A DNA stretch of 63,706 nucleotides, filler included, from Octopus bimaculoides (Eukaryota): the NCBI RefSeq assembly GCF_001194135.2. It is 6 parts of 5 records of this genome, joined end to end, with 100 filler letters (N's around TTAATTAATTAA, not from the genome) between each part and the next. Parts side by side here need not be neighbours in the genome. Positions count along the whole stretch, not along the records: positions 36,471 to 47,324 come from NC_068984.1; positions 47,425 to 57,460 come from NC_069003.1; 4 more parts are not named here. One strand, given 5' to 3'. Of this stretch, positions 36,976-50,778 are shown one piece after another. Every line of letters starts with the position of its first letter. Position 1 is the stretch's first letter. A program made the position numbers and the translations under genes. The notes under the pieces were generated by a model. It was given only the letters and a program-made list of their open reading frames with translations. It did not search any database and was not told the DNA's origin.

Positions 36976-37440
36976 AGCTTTATATGAACATCGACATCCA
37001 ATGTCAAAAAAAATTATTCCACGTTCTCAACAATATGCAATTCTCGCTGGTAAGAATAAAGTTACTAAAATGGATAGAGAATTTCGAGGGATCGCTTTGG
37101 AAGAATGGTCGAATGCCCATCGGAGCCATTCAACTTTTTCCTAACCATAACTGTTTTCACCCCAATATTTACATGTTGTTATTAATATCTTTATATGTGC
37201 AGCTGGCCCTGTGGTAATATTTGAAACCAATATCTTTATATGTGCATCGAGATCCAGTTTTAGAAAAGAATTATGCGTTCTCTCAAATGTCTAAATTCTT
37301 ATGACGTCAATGATATATATATATATATATATGTGTGTAGGTGGAGTGGCGCATTAAGTAAACTCACATAATTTTTTCTTCTTTTCTTTTTCTTTTAATC
37401 TTTTTACGATTCTGTAGAAAAATAGAATAAATAAAAAATA

Positions 37441-37691
37441 AATGCGCCCTTTCAAAGCCTAGCCAGGCTCATGGGCCCGGTTTCCCGGTTTCTATGGCAT
37501 ATGTGTTGTTCCCCAGCTGGACGGGACGCCAGTCCATCGCAGCGTTACTCATTTTTGCCCGCTGAGTGGACTGGAGCAACGTGAAATGAAGTGTTTTGCT
37601 CAAGAACACAACGCGTCGCCCGGTATAGGAATCGAAACCACAATCTTATGATCATGATGTTGACGCCTTAACCACTAAGCCATGCGCCTCC
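37441..37691 (-). mobile_element. tRNA-derived SINE family D, apparently full length and well preserved
   Basis: Reverse strand ggaggcgcatggcttagtggttaagg (A box), gtttcgattcc (B box), ttgtgttcttgagcaaaacacttcatttcacgttgctccagtccactcagc, gcgatggactggcgtcccgtccag. Confidence 0.85.
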
Positions 37692-38389
37692 ACTAGAAAA
37701 ATAGAATAAGGTTTTGAAAATACAATTTTTTTCCTTTCTGTGCAGCTCCTGTCCTATCTGTTTCGAAATTAGCAGCCAACCGTAATTATCTTGATATTTC
37801 AGATTCTACCACTAATATTTTTCCGAATTATATGTTTAAACATAGGAGATTACATCTCTGAAAGAATCACAACTTTTATGTTTAAACGTCATGTTAGGGA
37901 TTAAGGTTATGGTTTAGTGTTTAGAGTTTGGATTATGGCTTAAATAGTGAAGGACAACTTGAAAACTAGATGAATTTCTGAACTATTTCGCAAAAATCGA
38001 AACCTCTAAAATTTAAGACATAGAAATTCCAAGAAATTTTCTAAAAGAATTTGCTCACGAAGATTTTGTGTATATAGACAAGGTATTTACATCTGACTGT
38101 ATATTCAGTGTTGGCTAAAAGCTATACACTTAACACATTAGTAATTTATTAATAGAACTATTCATAAAGAATGCGTTAAATATACAAATTGGTTAATCCA
38201 TTTTACTTGAGTGTTTAGTAACTGTGAGTATATAAGTAGAATTTCTATGGCGGAGCAAAAAGGCTACTCAATCCCGAATGAAATCCCAATACAGAATGTT
38301 AACTAGTTCGGATAGAACTTCTATTTTTTTTATGTACGAAGATATTGTATAAATAAACAAGGTGTTTACATCTCTTTTATCTATGCATG

Positions 38390-38714
38390 TGGAGGTGCAA
38401 TGGCCCAGTGGTTAGAGCAGCGGACTCGCGGTCGTAGGATCGCGGTTTCGATTCCCAGACCGGGCGTTGTGAGTGTTTATTGAGCGAAAGCACCTAAAGC
38501 TTCACGAGGCTCCGGCAGGGGATAGTGGCGAACCCTGCTGTACTCTTTCACCACAACTTTCTCTCACTCTTTCTTCCTGGTTCTGTTGTACCTGTAATTC
38601 AAAGGGCCAGCCTTGTCACACTGTGTCACGTTGAATATCCCCGAGAACTACGTTAAGGGTACACGTGTCTGTGGAGTGCTCAGCCACTTGCACGTTAATT
38701 TCACGAGCAGGCTG
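38390..38714 (+). mobile_element. tRNA-derived SINE family C, 3' end lost in gap
   Basis: A box tggcccagtgg, B box gtttcgattcc, then a GC-rich body gcgttgtgagtgtttattgagcgaaa.cacctaaagc...gtgctcagccacttgcacgttaatttcacgagcaggctg. Confidence 0.85.
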
Positions 38715-40049
38715 NNNNNNNNNNNNNNNNNNNNNNNNNNNNNNNNNNNNNNNNNNNNNNNNNNNNNNNNNNNNNNNNNNNNNNNNNNNNNNNNNNNNNN
38801 NNNNNNNNNNNNNNNNNNNNNNNNNNNNNNNNNNNNNNNNNNNNNNNNNNNNNNNNNNNNNNNNNNNNNNNNNNNNNNNNNNNNNNNNNNNNNNNNNNNN
38901 NNNNNNNNNNNNNNNNNNNNNNNNNNNNNNNNNNNNNNNNNNNNNNNNNNNNNNNNNNNNNNNNNNNNNNNNNNNNNNNNNNNNNNNNNNNNNNNNNNNN
39001 NNNNNNNNNNNNNNNNNNNNNNNNNNNNNNNNNNNNNNNNNNNNNNNNNNNNNNNNNNNNNNNNNNNNNNNNNNNNNNNNNNNNNNNNNNNNNNNNNNNN
39101 NNNNNNNNNNNNNNNNNNNNNNNNNNNNNNNNNNNNNNNNNNNNNNNNNNNNNNNNNNNNNNNNNNNNNNNNNNNNNNNNNNNNNNNNNNNNNNNNNNNN
39201 NNNNNNNNNNNNNNNNNNNNNNNNNNNNNNNNNNNNNNNNNNNNNNNNNNNNNNNNNNNNNNNNNNNNNNNNNNNNNNNNNNNNNNNNNNNNNNNNNNNN
39301 NNNNNNNNNNNNNNNNNNNNNNNNNNNNNNNNNNNNNNNNNNNNNNNNNNNNNNNNNNNNNNNNNNNNNNNNNNNNNNNNNNNNNNNNNNNNNNNNNNNN
39401 NNATTGATTTTTTTTTTTTTTCTTGAAAATTTACTTTGATATTCATCTCATCTCATGCTCCGTTGACTTAATCAATAATCAATTTTATATATTAATTCAA
39501 ACAACGACCTTTGCCACCATCACCAAGAATTTCTTCTTCGCCATTTCTAAGATTTAAAGTGTTCATTAACATGTTTAATGAGTTCTTGCAGTGTGTCACA
39601 AAGGCACAGAGATTTCATGCCTTTCTCTTTTTCTCTGCTCCATACTTTCTCCTGCCTTTACACATACATATATACACAAATATATTTATACGCATACATT
39701 ATCTCTGCATTTATATATGCATATATGCATAGGTGTTATAATAAATATATATTTCACATTTAGAAAATGTGTGTGTGTGTTTGCGTGCGTGCGTGCGTGC
39801 GTGCGTACATGCATGCGTGTTTATGCGTTGATACCTAAATGTGATGATAACTGGTTATTATGCCTGAATATTATCCACACATAATAGGATTCCAATCGAT
39901 ATAATACTATCTAATAGCTTCAGCATTATATATGTTGTATATCAATATTGTTGCTTGAATACAATGACTCATCGATCAATATAAATAGATATTATTACTT
40001 GACAATTAACAGGAAGCTGGATCCAAGAAAAGCGAAATTAACAGAGAAA

Positions 40050-40090
40050 GAATGAATGAGAGAGAGTGGGGGGAGGAGAAAGAGAAAGAG

Positions 40091-40147
<57 letters not shown>

Positions 40148-40278
40148 CGACGTTATTTCAGATAAGAAATGATGTAAAGGGGAGAAGAAAGAATTTAAAG
40201 TACGAGTAGCAAAGAAAGTATGAGAAGAAGAATGTTATAAAGACAGACAGAGATGAGAGAGGCGAGAGCAAGAGAGAG

Positions 40279-40335
<57 letters not shown>

Positions 40336-40518
40336 GAGGGAGATGGAGAAATATTGAATTTGAAAGCAATAAACATGAAATGGGAAAGCGAATAGGAGAG
40401 TAACAGAAGTAGAAAAGTGAGTGAGAATTGGTATGATGTGCTAAAGACGCAAGGATGAGAAAATGTGTGTGTGTGTGTGTGTGTAAGAGAGGGAGGACGA
40501 GCAAAAGGGAGCGAGAGT

Positions 40519-40566
<48 letters not shown>

Positions 40567-40580
40567 GAGAGGTGGACAGG
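40050..40580. repeat. Purine-rich (GA)n-containing low-complexity block
   Basis: Several (GA)n runs and one (TG)n run. Confidence 0.9.
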
Positions 40581-41534
40581 GCGGTGAGATGAGTCGTGCA
40601 AAGTGTTACAGGAAGTAGTAATAGAAAATTGAAAGAAACGAAGGGCAGAACATTTGTTTTCTTCATCACCTTTTCTTTAAAAAAAAATCCTTAGAACAAA
40701 AATATTCCTTTTTAAACTCTTCAAAGGAAATCTTCTACATCAACGATAATTATGACAATACATGATAAAATATGTATCAGATCTGCTTAAAAGAAATTAT
40801 TGAGAGCAAAATATAACTGCTGAAAGCTTGTTTGTTATAAGCGGGAAAGATGAAATTATTATACAAAGGTCGCTCAGGTGCAAGTCGTGTAATTAATATA
40901 TTCTATGGTTATAAATAAGATTATCTTGGAAGGTTTCAAGAATAGGGAAAAGCAGTGATAACGGATATATCATTTAAATTGCCTTTCTCTATTGTGCAAC
41001 GTTTGACATGAAATGATTGGAAAGGGAAGTTGTTAGGAAAGATGAAACAAAATATCAATCTTCACCTATTTAAAACGACCAACCCTGAAAAACCTGGATC
41101 GTTATGGGCCATAAATGTCCTTGAGAGGACTTTAAAATTAATGAAGTGCGTACAAGATAATGCTACGGTGTGGAAATGGAGTAATCAGAAGAATCGTGCA
41201 TATCTCATTTTGCTTTCCTGAGAGAATCAGTTTTCTTATCTGCGCATGCGTGTTCAAACTAGTTCTCCTAATATTCATACCTCTAAATTCCTGTTATTTC
41301 ACTATTTATCACAGATAATCTAAGTGACCGTGTTAGTTTTCTTCTTCCACTTTTCTCAACATAGAAACTCTACAACTTGGAAAGCATCTTTTGATGGTAT
41401 CAGCTCAAGAAATTCACACAAATAAAACAAAAATACAAAAAGAAATAATCAACCCTAAATTCTCATAAGTTGTCTACTATTATATCTTTTCCCCACCTCA
41501 TCATCATCAATTACTACTACTACTAATAATAACA

Positions 41535-41729
41535 ATCCTTTCTACTCTAGGCACAAGACCCGAAATTTTTGGGGTGGAGGCCAGTCGATTAGATCGACCC
41601 CAGTACGCAACTTACTTTATCGACCCTGAAAGGATGAAAGGCAAAGCCGACCTCGGCGGAATTTGAAATCAGAAATACCGGTAAGCATTTCGCCCGGCGT
41701 GCTAACAATGTTGCCAGCGCACGGCCTTA
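41535..41729 (-). mobile_element. SINE family B
   Basis: gatcgaccccagtacgcaac...tttatcgaccctgaaaggatgaaaggcaaagccgacctcggcggaatttgaa...gcatttcgcccggcgtgctaac. Confidence 0.85.
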
Positions 41730-42739
41730 ATATTATTATTAATAAATATCACTATCATTATTTCGAACTCTGAATGTAAGGGACGTAGATCGATTTTCTT
41801 TTATTTAGTATTTTATCTATTTTATTTTATTTATGCCCTTACACGCATAAAACAGTGATTTATAAAGCGGGTTACAGGACGTATGTATAAAAAGGAAGGA
41901 TAGACAAAAACGCTATACAATTTAAATAAGAATATATTAGATTTTTGATACGAATAAGTATGGGATAAGTAACACACGCCTGCGCACAAATGTATGAATA
42001 TTAGAAGGCATTGCTATGAATGAACTATGAATGTAAACGTATTCTTTCTATGCTATCTATGAAAAAAACAACGGCAGGGTGTTTCATGACGGACCATATC
42101 AAGGTTCGTTAACTGCTTCTCAGAGAAGACGCATCTGACTTCCTTTCTCAATTGCATATTGCATTCAACTGCTATAAAAACCAATCCTGAATTAAATTAC
42201 CGCCATGGTGGACAGCCTTATTTGCATACTTGTATTTTTAACGGCTCCGTTTTTTTTTAAACAGCAGTATGACCCCCTCCCTCTTTTTCTTTCCTAGATA
42301 AATTTGTTCGGCAAGGAGGTACTGGCTTTTGCAACGTACTTCATTCACCACTTCTTTTCCTTGAGTTGATCTCAGTTGAGTTGCTCCATTTGAACCGCTG
42401 TGTTAACCTTTAAATGTTGATGGCGTTAGTGTTGTTACTTTCCGTACTGTTTTTCTTTCGCAGATTAAGTTTTAGCATTGGTTATTCTTTTCTGTTTTTT
42501 TATTTTCTCTTGTAGACGTCCAAATGTTTAAGCCTGGAACTCTTTTGTATGTCTGATTATTCGTTGTTCCTTTTTAAATCCTGTTTTATACGAGAAAATA
42601 ATTTGAATGCGAGTTTTTTATCATTTTTTCTTTTGTTTTTTTTTTACGCTACTGCTCCCACAATCGTGGCGAACGTTTCTTGCGAATTTTGAGGTGATCA
42701 TCATGTGACGCTTGTAAATAGTGCATAAAGGTATCTACA

Positions 42740-42827
<88 letters not shown>

Positions 42828-45800
42828 CTGTGTGTATGTAAAAATTCAACCATAATTCTACAGGGTATTGGCCTCCTATTGCCTAATGTATTCTTTTCTG
42901 GGTCTCTCGATACAATTCTTCCATTTTTTTAAATTGTCGCCATTGTTATTGCTCGTGGTGATAGAATTTGTAGTGATGTCATTGGCGGTGATATTGGTGT
43001 TGATATTGTCGTTGCTGCTATAACTTACATCTTTACCATTACTAACACTGCCGCTGGTGTTGGTCTTAATCACTGTGGTAGTGATTTAGTGGCATCATAC
43101 TGAATCCATTTTTATTTTAATGATAATTTTTGCGGTTATAAAATCGAATACGGGACCGATCATGGTATCGTGCTGTTTGCGAAGCGATTTTCTGAACTAA
43201 AACACCATTGTAAGCGGTACTAGTAAGTACATAGTGAGCCTGTCAGTGATTGTAATCTCCGTGGAAAATGAAGTTAGCTAAGTCTTATAAAAACGCTAGA
43301 TAAATAATACTTTGCAGACAATTAACTTTTAACTTCTGTGGTTAAATTCTCTTCTTCCTTATCCAGATGTCAATTTGACAGCTACAATAAATAATGAAAC
43401 AAAATTAAACATTTACGAGACATTCAAAGATAAAAAATGAACAAAATCAACAGCAACAATGCGGTGACAATAACAACTAACAAAATAATAATTGAGAGAT
43501 TAAAAGAAAACAATGGCGAATATCTGAGATAATAGATGTTTTTGTTTTAGCCATGTTCGTTTTTGATTTTAAAATAAAACAAAAACTAGTGTCTTCTCCA
43601 GCTTCTCATACTCATGGATCCCTGCTAACATAAATGCTAGGTCTTCTTTTTATATATACACACACAATTATGTATGTCTGTATACATATATACACATATA
43701 TACGCTTATAAGCATACACACACATATGTATTTATACTTATCTACATGTATACTCATAAACGCTTATAGATACTTAAACATATATAAACTTTATCCGTGT
43801 GTTCAGAGACAGACATTTATATACACACATATATATACGTTGAAAAAGCATAAGGCGGAAACCCTAGTCAGTTAGGAAACATCAAGACGGTTGCAGGATC
43901 TGCAAGAAATAGCAGCCACTCTTCTTTAAACAATATTCTACCGCCTTAAAAGAGGAAGATCGGCGAAGAATGTACACACCGCTGAGAAAACCGGAAAAAA
44001 AACGAATACTTTTCAAACGAACTCTCTTATGTTATTTGTTCTGCACCAAGTTACAAAGACTCACTTATCATTCTCATAGAAATGTAGTGAATACTAATTT
44101 CGATATATTCAAATACTGCTCAATTAACGATGGGAACCTTATTAAAGTTGAAAATAGGATACGGACCTGCAAATCTTGGATACAGTTTTTGTACACAAGA
44201 CTGTCCCATACACATATGAACCAATAAGGGAAAGTTTAGGTGATACTTGACCTGCTAAAACAACCCTCAACTCTCCTTGAAAGCAACCATAGCGTCTTGA
44301 AAATGGATGTAATTATTAGATAATGTAGTCCTAGATACTTCAATAAAGATGGTATGATCACAGCAGTAATGCCTTTGATTATTTGTGTACTTGCTCAGAA
44401 CAGACATCGGGATGAACAACAATAACAACCGCTTTAGGCAATAAGAGAGCTCGAGCTAATGAGCGTTTCTTAACATGGTTACTCGACCTGCTGGAAATAG
44501 CAACGAACTCGATCTGCATTTACCATCTACCCCTTTAAAATGGAAGGACACATTATAGCACAAATCTGCTCCAACTAGGACTAAACAACATTATTTTCCC
44601 CCTCGAATGCTCAGCACAGAATTTATTCTGGTTATAGTACAAGTGTTCACTAACAAATACATTGAATCAGAGGCTATTTTACAAACTAATTAGTTAATTA
44701 CACACTTGTATAAACATACATAAATGTATGTGCGTTTATACATGTATTTAATTATTTAATTATTTCCTTAACTAACCTGAAATAGAGCCATGTGGAGTCA
44801 ACACAAGAAGATTATAATCAATTCGTATGACAGTTTGTGAATGTAGTACAACACCCGCTGCGGTGGGAAAAGACCAACAAGAATATAATAAATGAATAAA
44901 GTTATGTCTAACAGTTTCAATTACAAGTTAACATTTCAGAAAGCAAAATAAAATTTAAAACAAATGCTATGTTAACAATTAGTTAATTACTGTGAAATTG
45001 TATTTCATCTGAGAAAGTGTGATAGTTAACAGGCATGATAGTTCTAGATTTTTTCAAAGGAAGATGTTGGAGGCTTCTGTCTAAATCGTTCACTCATGGC
45101 TGTATGCCTCGCTTATCTCTCTGAATCTCAATGTGAAATTTCTCAACGTTTTTCTAAAATAAATCTCGAAAATTTATAGTGCGTCCTAGAAGACTGAAGG
45201 TTACATTTTTCATACGAAAGAAAAAAATGCAAACCTTTATCTTGATAAGTCACCAACAAAACATCTTGGTAAAGTCTGTGGGAATGGTGAGACCTTGCTT
45301 TTATGGTTATTTTAAAAAAATCTCAACTCCAAATTGAGGTTCATCTTCGACATCGAAGCATCTTCGATGTCTAGAAATACGGTAGTTATACATTGACTAT
45401 TGCATTGTTCTCAGTTTGGAGTTTTGACTCTACATTAAAACCATGTCACTTCATTCGGGCTGTGAACACACTTCGAAAAGATTTAAACTTCACATTTACT
45501 TATGTCACCCCACACAATCCTTGAATATTGATATACTTTTATTATTTTACAGGCCTTAAGCCATTAGACTGCTTGCGGTCATGCTGTTTTTATTTTACGA
45601 ACGATGTATAAATAGATGTTGCTGTTTAGCTGCGGACCAGCCCTGTTCGATCAGATCTATGATCAAAAGCATTGCAGCCGTAACCCTCACGATTCTTTTC
45701 CAGACATATTGTATCAGAGACACATTATATCTTTAAAGTGTTCTTTTATCATTAAGGCAGGGACGTTTGACTGCTATCGTGCGATCATGTAGAGTTTCCT

Positions 45801-46549
45801 TCTTAGCTCGTATTACTTATATATAGTCACACGTACACATTTTCCATAGACCTCCTAGACTTCTGGCAGTGAACATACGTTACATTGGGTATCCACTACA
45901 ATATATCATTTCTATGATAAAAACACGCACAAAATTTCTTCTTATCTCGTAAATATCAAGATATTAAGCTTGCAACTCTGACTCCAAAATATCCCATGGG
46001 GTATTTCAAACGAATGAAAAATGAAATAATAATAAACGCGCTGTTGGAATAATTCGTAAGTATGGAAAGTATAGATATTAATACATCCATTTCAAATTTT
46101 GGCTATCATAAAAGTTGTATATATGAAAAGAATAATACATATTGTAATAGAATTACAAAACTGCTTATAAAATGAAAATATACCTTGCTAAAACGCAGAA
46201 ATATCTATATAATTTGAACTTCGAATTATTGCTCGATAACATGCTAATGTAGAATGTTGGAAATTTATATCAGTTATCCTATCATTTTTTCTTTCCTTTG
46301 CATTCTAAAATAAATTAAATTATGATATCTAGCTGAGAAACTAATGAAAGAGTGGGAAATAATATGAAAAAAAGTTACTCTTAGACTTACCTGAATAACA
46401 GTAGATTATTGTAAAAATTGATTTCTTATGTAAGCACACAATCGCAGATTTGTGAGAGGAAATAAATAAAAACTGGAAATGTCTTTCTCAAGGATGTTAA
46501 CCAGCTGAAACAAATTACAGAATATTAATACGTTTCATAATATACGAAT

Positions 46550-46768
46550 ATTCTTTTCTACTTCAGGCACAAAACCCAAAATTTTCGAGGAGTGGGGACA
46601 GTCGATTGGATCGATGCCAGTACACAACTGTTAGTTAACTTATCGATCCCGAAAGGATCACAGGCAAAGTCTACCTCGGCGGAAGTTGAACTCAGAGCGT
46701 AAAGACAGACGAAATACTGCTCAGCATTTCGCCTGGCGTGGTAAGGTTTCTGCCAGCTCGCTGCTTTA
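46550..46768 (-). mobile_element. SINE family B; a further fragment at ~46921-47022
   Basis: cttatcgatcccgaaaggat...ggcaaagtctacctcggcggaagttgaactcagagcgtaaagacagacgaaatac...ttctgccagctcgctgc. Confidence 0.85.
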
Positions 46769-47279
46769 TAATATACGAATATTAATGCTTCAATATATAT
46801 TAGGATAAAAGTTATCTGACAAGCGACTGTTGAAATTTGAACTCCGTATATCAGTCAGCAGGCAAACAATTTTGAGGGGTAGGGTACACCACACCATTGA
46901 TGCTGGAAATATGGCGATCAAATTGAAGCCGGAGAGATTCGAACTCAGAAGGTAAACAACTGGAAAAAATATTAAATGCTATTTTTCCGGATGTTCCAAT
47001 GATTCTGTCAGTTTGTCACCTTCAATGGTAATCATATAACGATATTTAATATCAGATATTGTATTTCATCCTTCATCAGTTGTCAGCTGTCTGGGGAGTA
47101 GATAGGCAGCCGACAACTGATGAAGGGTCATTCTTTGTATTACTTGTCCCGTTTTCTCTCTCGTTATTTGCGTAATTAACTCATTTGTCTTCGTATTTCA
47201 TGTTGTTTACTGTTGGTGACGTCCTCTACCAATATATGCATATATATATATATGTGTGTGTGTGTGCGTGTGTGCCCAC

Positions 47280-47324
<45 letters not shown>

Positions 47325-47777
47325 NNNNNNNNNNNNNNNNNNNNNNNNNNNNNNNNNNNNNNNNNNNNTTAATTAATTAANNNNNNNNNNNNNNNNNNNN
47401 NNNNNNNNNNNNNNNNNNNNNNNNTTACAGGCCTAATGCTCACAATGGCCATCTATGGGATGGATGTCTGTGGAGTGGGGGGAGGAGGCGGGTAAGACAC
47501 CTAAACAAAACTTACCTTAACTGAGAGATTTCCTCCCTCAGCTCTACAACCCCGAGGGTAGCACCTCTGTGGAGAGTAGGCAGATGATTAAGCGAAACCT
47601 TTAGTGCAGTGGGCTTGGGTGCTTTCCATACTGATTTGCTACAATTTGTTATAAATTGCCTCTCTTAAATTGGCTCAACCCCACAAGTTTATAGAAGAGG
47701 CAAGGAGAGAGGGAGAGAGTAGGAATATTTAAGAGTGAATTGAACCCAGAACATCAAGGGCCGAAGCTTGTTGTCTA

Positions 47778-47991
47778 TTAACCTTTCAGCATTTAGGTTA
47801 CTCTGTCAAATGTAATGCTCATTTATTCATATTGTTTTGGATTAATCATGCATTTTCTTGTAGCTTTGAGATTTCAATGATATGAGTGTTTATTTGTAGA
47901 ATAATATTGTAGGGTAAGTGTGAGAGGCCAGATCTGGCCAATTTGAACATAAAAGCAGGTAAAATGTTTTGGCCAGATATGGCCGGTTTAA
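47778..47991 (+). mobile_element. TTAA-bounded MITE (piggyBac-like), same family as 51230-51631
   Basis: ttaacctttcagcatt...gctttgagatttcaatga...ttgtagggtaagtgtgaga.g.cagatctg.cca.tttga.cat matches 51230-51421. Confidence 0.7.
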
Positions 47992-48049
47992 CCCTTTCAC
48001 ACTTAAATAGACTATATCAGGCCCAGGTATTCTACCTGTTTTATGTCCA

Positions 48050-48645
48050 AACTGACCCCAGTGTTCATTTAATTGACCCTGAAAGAATGAAAGGCTAAGT
48101 CAACCTTGGTGGAATTTGAACTCGGAATGTTAAGGCCAGAGAACGAATCACTAAGCAAATTTTCTGGAACAGTGACAATTCTACCAACTCACTGCCTTAG
48201 TAATAATAATAATGATTTCAAATTTTGGCCCAAGGTCAGCAAGTTCAGGGGTGGGGTAAGTTGAGTACATTGACCCCAGTGCTTTGACGGTTGCTCTTTT
48301 TATCGATCCCAAAAGGATGAAAGACAAAGTTAACCTTGGTAGAATTTAAACTCAGAATGTGAAGATGGATGAAATGCTGCTAGGCATTTCATGCAGCATA
48401 CTGACAATTCTGCCACCTTGCTACCTTAATAATAATAATAATAATCCTTTTTGCTATAGGCACAAAGCCTGAAGTTTTTAGTGGTGGGCGATAGTTGATT
48501 AGATCAACGCTGGTGTTTAACTTATTTATTACCCCTTGAAAGGATGAAAGGCAAAGCTGACATTGGTGGAGCTTGAACTCAGAACATAAAGCTGAAGAAA
48601 TACTGAAAGGACTTTATCTCGTCTGATTACGATTCTGCCAGCTTG
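48050..48645 (-). mobile_element. Three head-to-tail SINE family B copies separated by (TAA)n
   Basis: The gaaaggatgaaagg/acaaagt.aacctt.gtggaatttgaactc unit recurs at ~48085, ~48315 and ~48540, with taataataat between units. Confidence 0.8.
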
Positions 48646-49114
48646 CATAATAATTGCAAACGACATATGATGGGAGCATGTTGAGAGTTGTAGCTTGTAT
48701 GAAGGTGGTGGTGGTGTAGAGATTAAACTCCTTGTAACCCTGCTTTGTAGTCAGTCAAATACATGCATATCTCTAGTTACAGATAGTGGGTGAAAGGCAG
48801 TACCCTAACATGACCACAAATTCAATGGCTAAAACTATTAAAAGAATAACATATTGTAAATACCCTTCAGAAAGGAATGAACATCACATGTTCTTTCCCA
48901 CCCCGGTCTCTGTAAATTAATCCGAGGCTGTGTGTTTATGTAATTATTATTATTATTATTACCACCTGTAAATATTTACAAAAAAAATATTGTAAATATT
49001 ATTAGTGATTAATATACAATATTGCTGATTTCATGATAATGTTGATAAATAAAAAACTATTTTATTTTGGTTTCACTATCTCATTGTTTGTTTCTCTCTC
49101 TTTCTTTCTCTCTC

Positions 49115-49157
<43 letters not shown>

Positions 49158-49686
49158 TCTCTCTCTCTATATATATATATATGATCCTTTCCCTGCCACA
49201 CTCTTACAGCCTACCCAACTTCATGTCATTTCTCTCTCTCATTATCTCTCATCCTTTCCCTGTCTACTGTATCATTATTGTTATTCTTCCTCCCCATCCC
49301 TTTCTGCACTGTCAGTCCTCTTCTATTCCTCCCTACCTCCCCATACCATGTGTATCATAGGTCACTGCCTATCCCTTGTCCACCAACCCCTTTACCTTCC
49401 TAATCTCTACAGTCGTCACCTACTCTTCCTTGCATATCATCCCTTAACATTTGTTCTTCATTTAATTATATTTGCCATCTCAAACAATCTTTCACTTCAC
49501 CATACGTTCTTGCAACTTTTACCCACCTGCACACTCTGTTCTCATGTCCTCACTCAATTCTATTCACTTTATACTTTTAGGGTCCACCTTGATCCCTCAT
49601 CACTATTATAGCTATCTTCCCAGTTTCACCTCGACAGCTCCCATCCACTCTTCTATAATGTAAGTAGCTATGTTGTTCCTCTACTG

Positions 49687-49935
49687 CAGTGGTTCCCAAA
49701 GTGGTCATTACTGCCCCTCTGGGAGCTGTAGAAATCCAGGGGGTGTTAAAGGGATGACCAAAAGGTATAAAAACAATGAAACACTGGGTTAATTAGATTA
49801 AATTTTATTTGAAATACTGTTTTGAATTTGCTGTAGAAAGTGGTCTACATTTGGTGGGGAGTTGGGTGGAGGGGTGCTAGAAATGGGGCCCAAGAGCCAA
49901 GGGGGCAGCAGGCTGATAAAGTTTGGGAACCACTG
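49687..49935. mobile_element. hAT-type MITE
   Basis: Perfect 14-bp TIR cagtggttcccaaa (49687-49700) / tttgggaaccactg (49922-49935); 8-bp flanks ctctactg / ctctacaa (6/8), consistent with a hAT TSD. Confidence 0.85.
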
Positions 49936-50399
49936 CTCTACAACAATAATCCTGTTCTGTTCTGGCTCATTGTCTCATACTTTAACCCCTCGTCCCCTGT
50001 TATAAAGCTGCCTCCTTCTCTACTGTAGCTTCACTCAGTCAAAGGTCATCTTAGTCTTGTAGGTTGCATGACAACCTCACTAGTGCTGGTGCTGTGAAAA
50101 AGCGAATAGTATACTTTGTAAAGTGGTTAGGAAGGATATCCAGCTATAGGAACCATGCCCAAGCGCATTGGAGCATAACACCGTCTTCAGACCCTTGGAT
50201 CCTATCAAACTGTTCAACCCATAACAGCATGGAACCTGGGCATTAAAAGATAATGATAATGTTGTCTCTGGTTTGGTAGATGATGTAGACTTAGGTGCAC
50301 TCAACATCAATAGCCATAGCATCAATAGCAACCATCAATAGCCAAAGTAATAACCTTAGAACTGGCACATGTTATGTTGTGTCCTTCATTGGAGGAGTT

Positions 50400-50770
50400 G
50401 CATGAAGCTGCATGACCTGGTGGTTTGGGTGTTAAGATACAATCAGAAAGTAATAGGTTCAGTTTCTGGACTGGGTGACTCATGGAAACTTCATTTCATG
50501 TTGTTCCAGTCCACCCAGCTGAGAAAGAGTACCAGCTGCAGCAACATCAGTGACATAATATTGCAATGGACTAGCATCTCATCCAGGGGAGAGTTCTTGT
50601 ACTCTCCGTTGTTTGACTGGTGTTTCATTTTATTGACCCTGGAAAGATGAAAGGCATATTTAACCTCAATGGGATTTGAACTCGTAACAAGAAAGTCAGA
50701 ATTATGGTTTTTACCACTGGAACAGAAACCAAGATCGGATCCAATGCTGGAAACCTGTGAACTCAGCGCA
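50400..50770. mobile_element. Degenerate SINE family D (+, ~50400-50600) adjoining a SINE family B fragment (-, ~50620-50770)
   Basis: cttcatttcatgttgttccagtccacccagctg...gcaatggactagcatctcatccagggg; then attgaccctggaaagatgaaaggc...gggatttgaactc. Confidence 0.6.
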
Positions 50771-50778
50771 GATTTTAA

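Noticed and set aside
41240-42227. NRF1-like TGCGCATGCG (~41241) and octamer ATTTGCAT (~42220)
   Set aside because: Isolated motifs with no CpG island or other promoter evidence.
43367-43441. Strong plus-strand acceptor followed by DVNLTATINNETKLNIYETFKDKK*
   Set aside because: Low-complexity A-rich peptide, no donor, and no support as a terminal exon.
46391-47520. Exon-like segments at 46391-46472 (-) and 47451-47511 (+)
   Set aside because: The first gives a stop when joined to the 54653 candidate; the second abuts a gap and SINE-like sequence.
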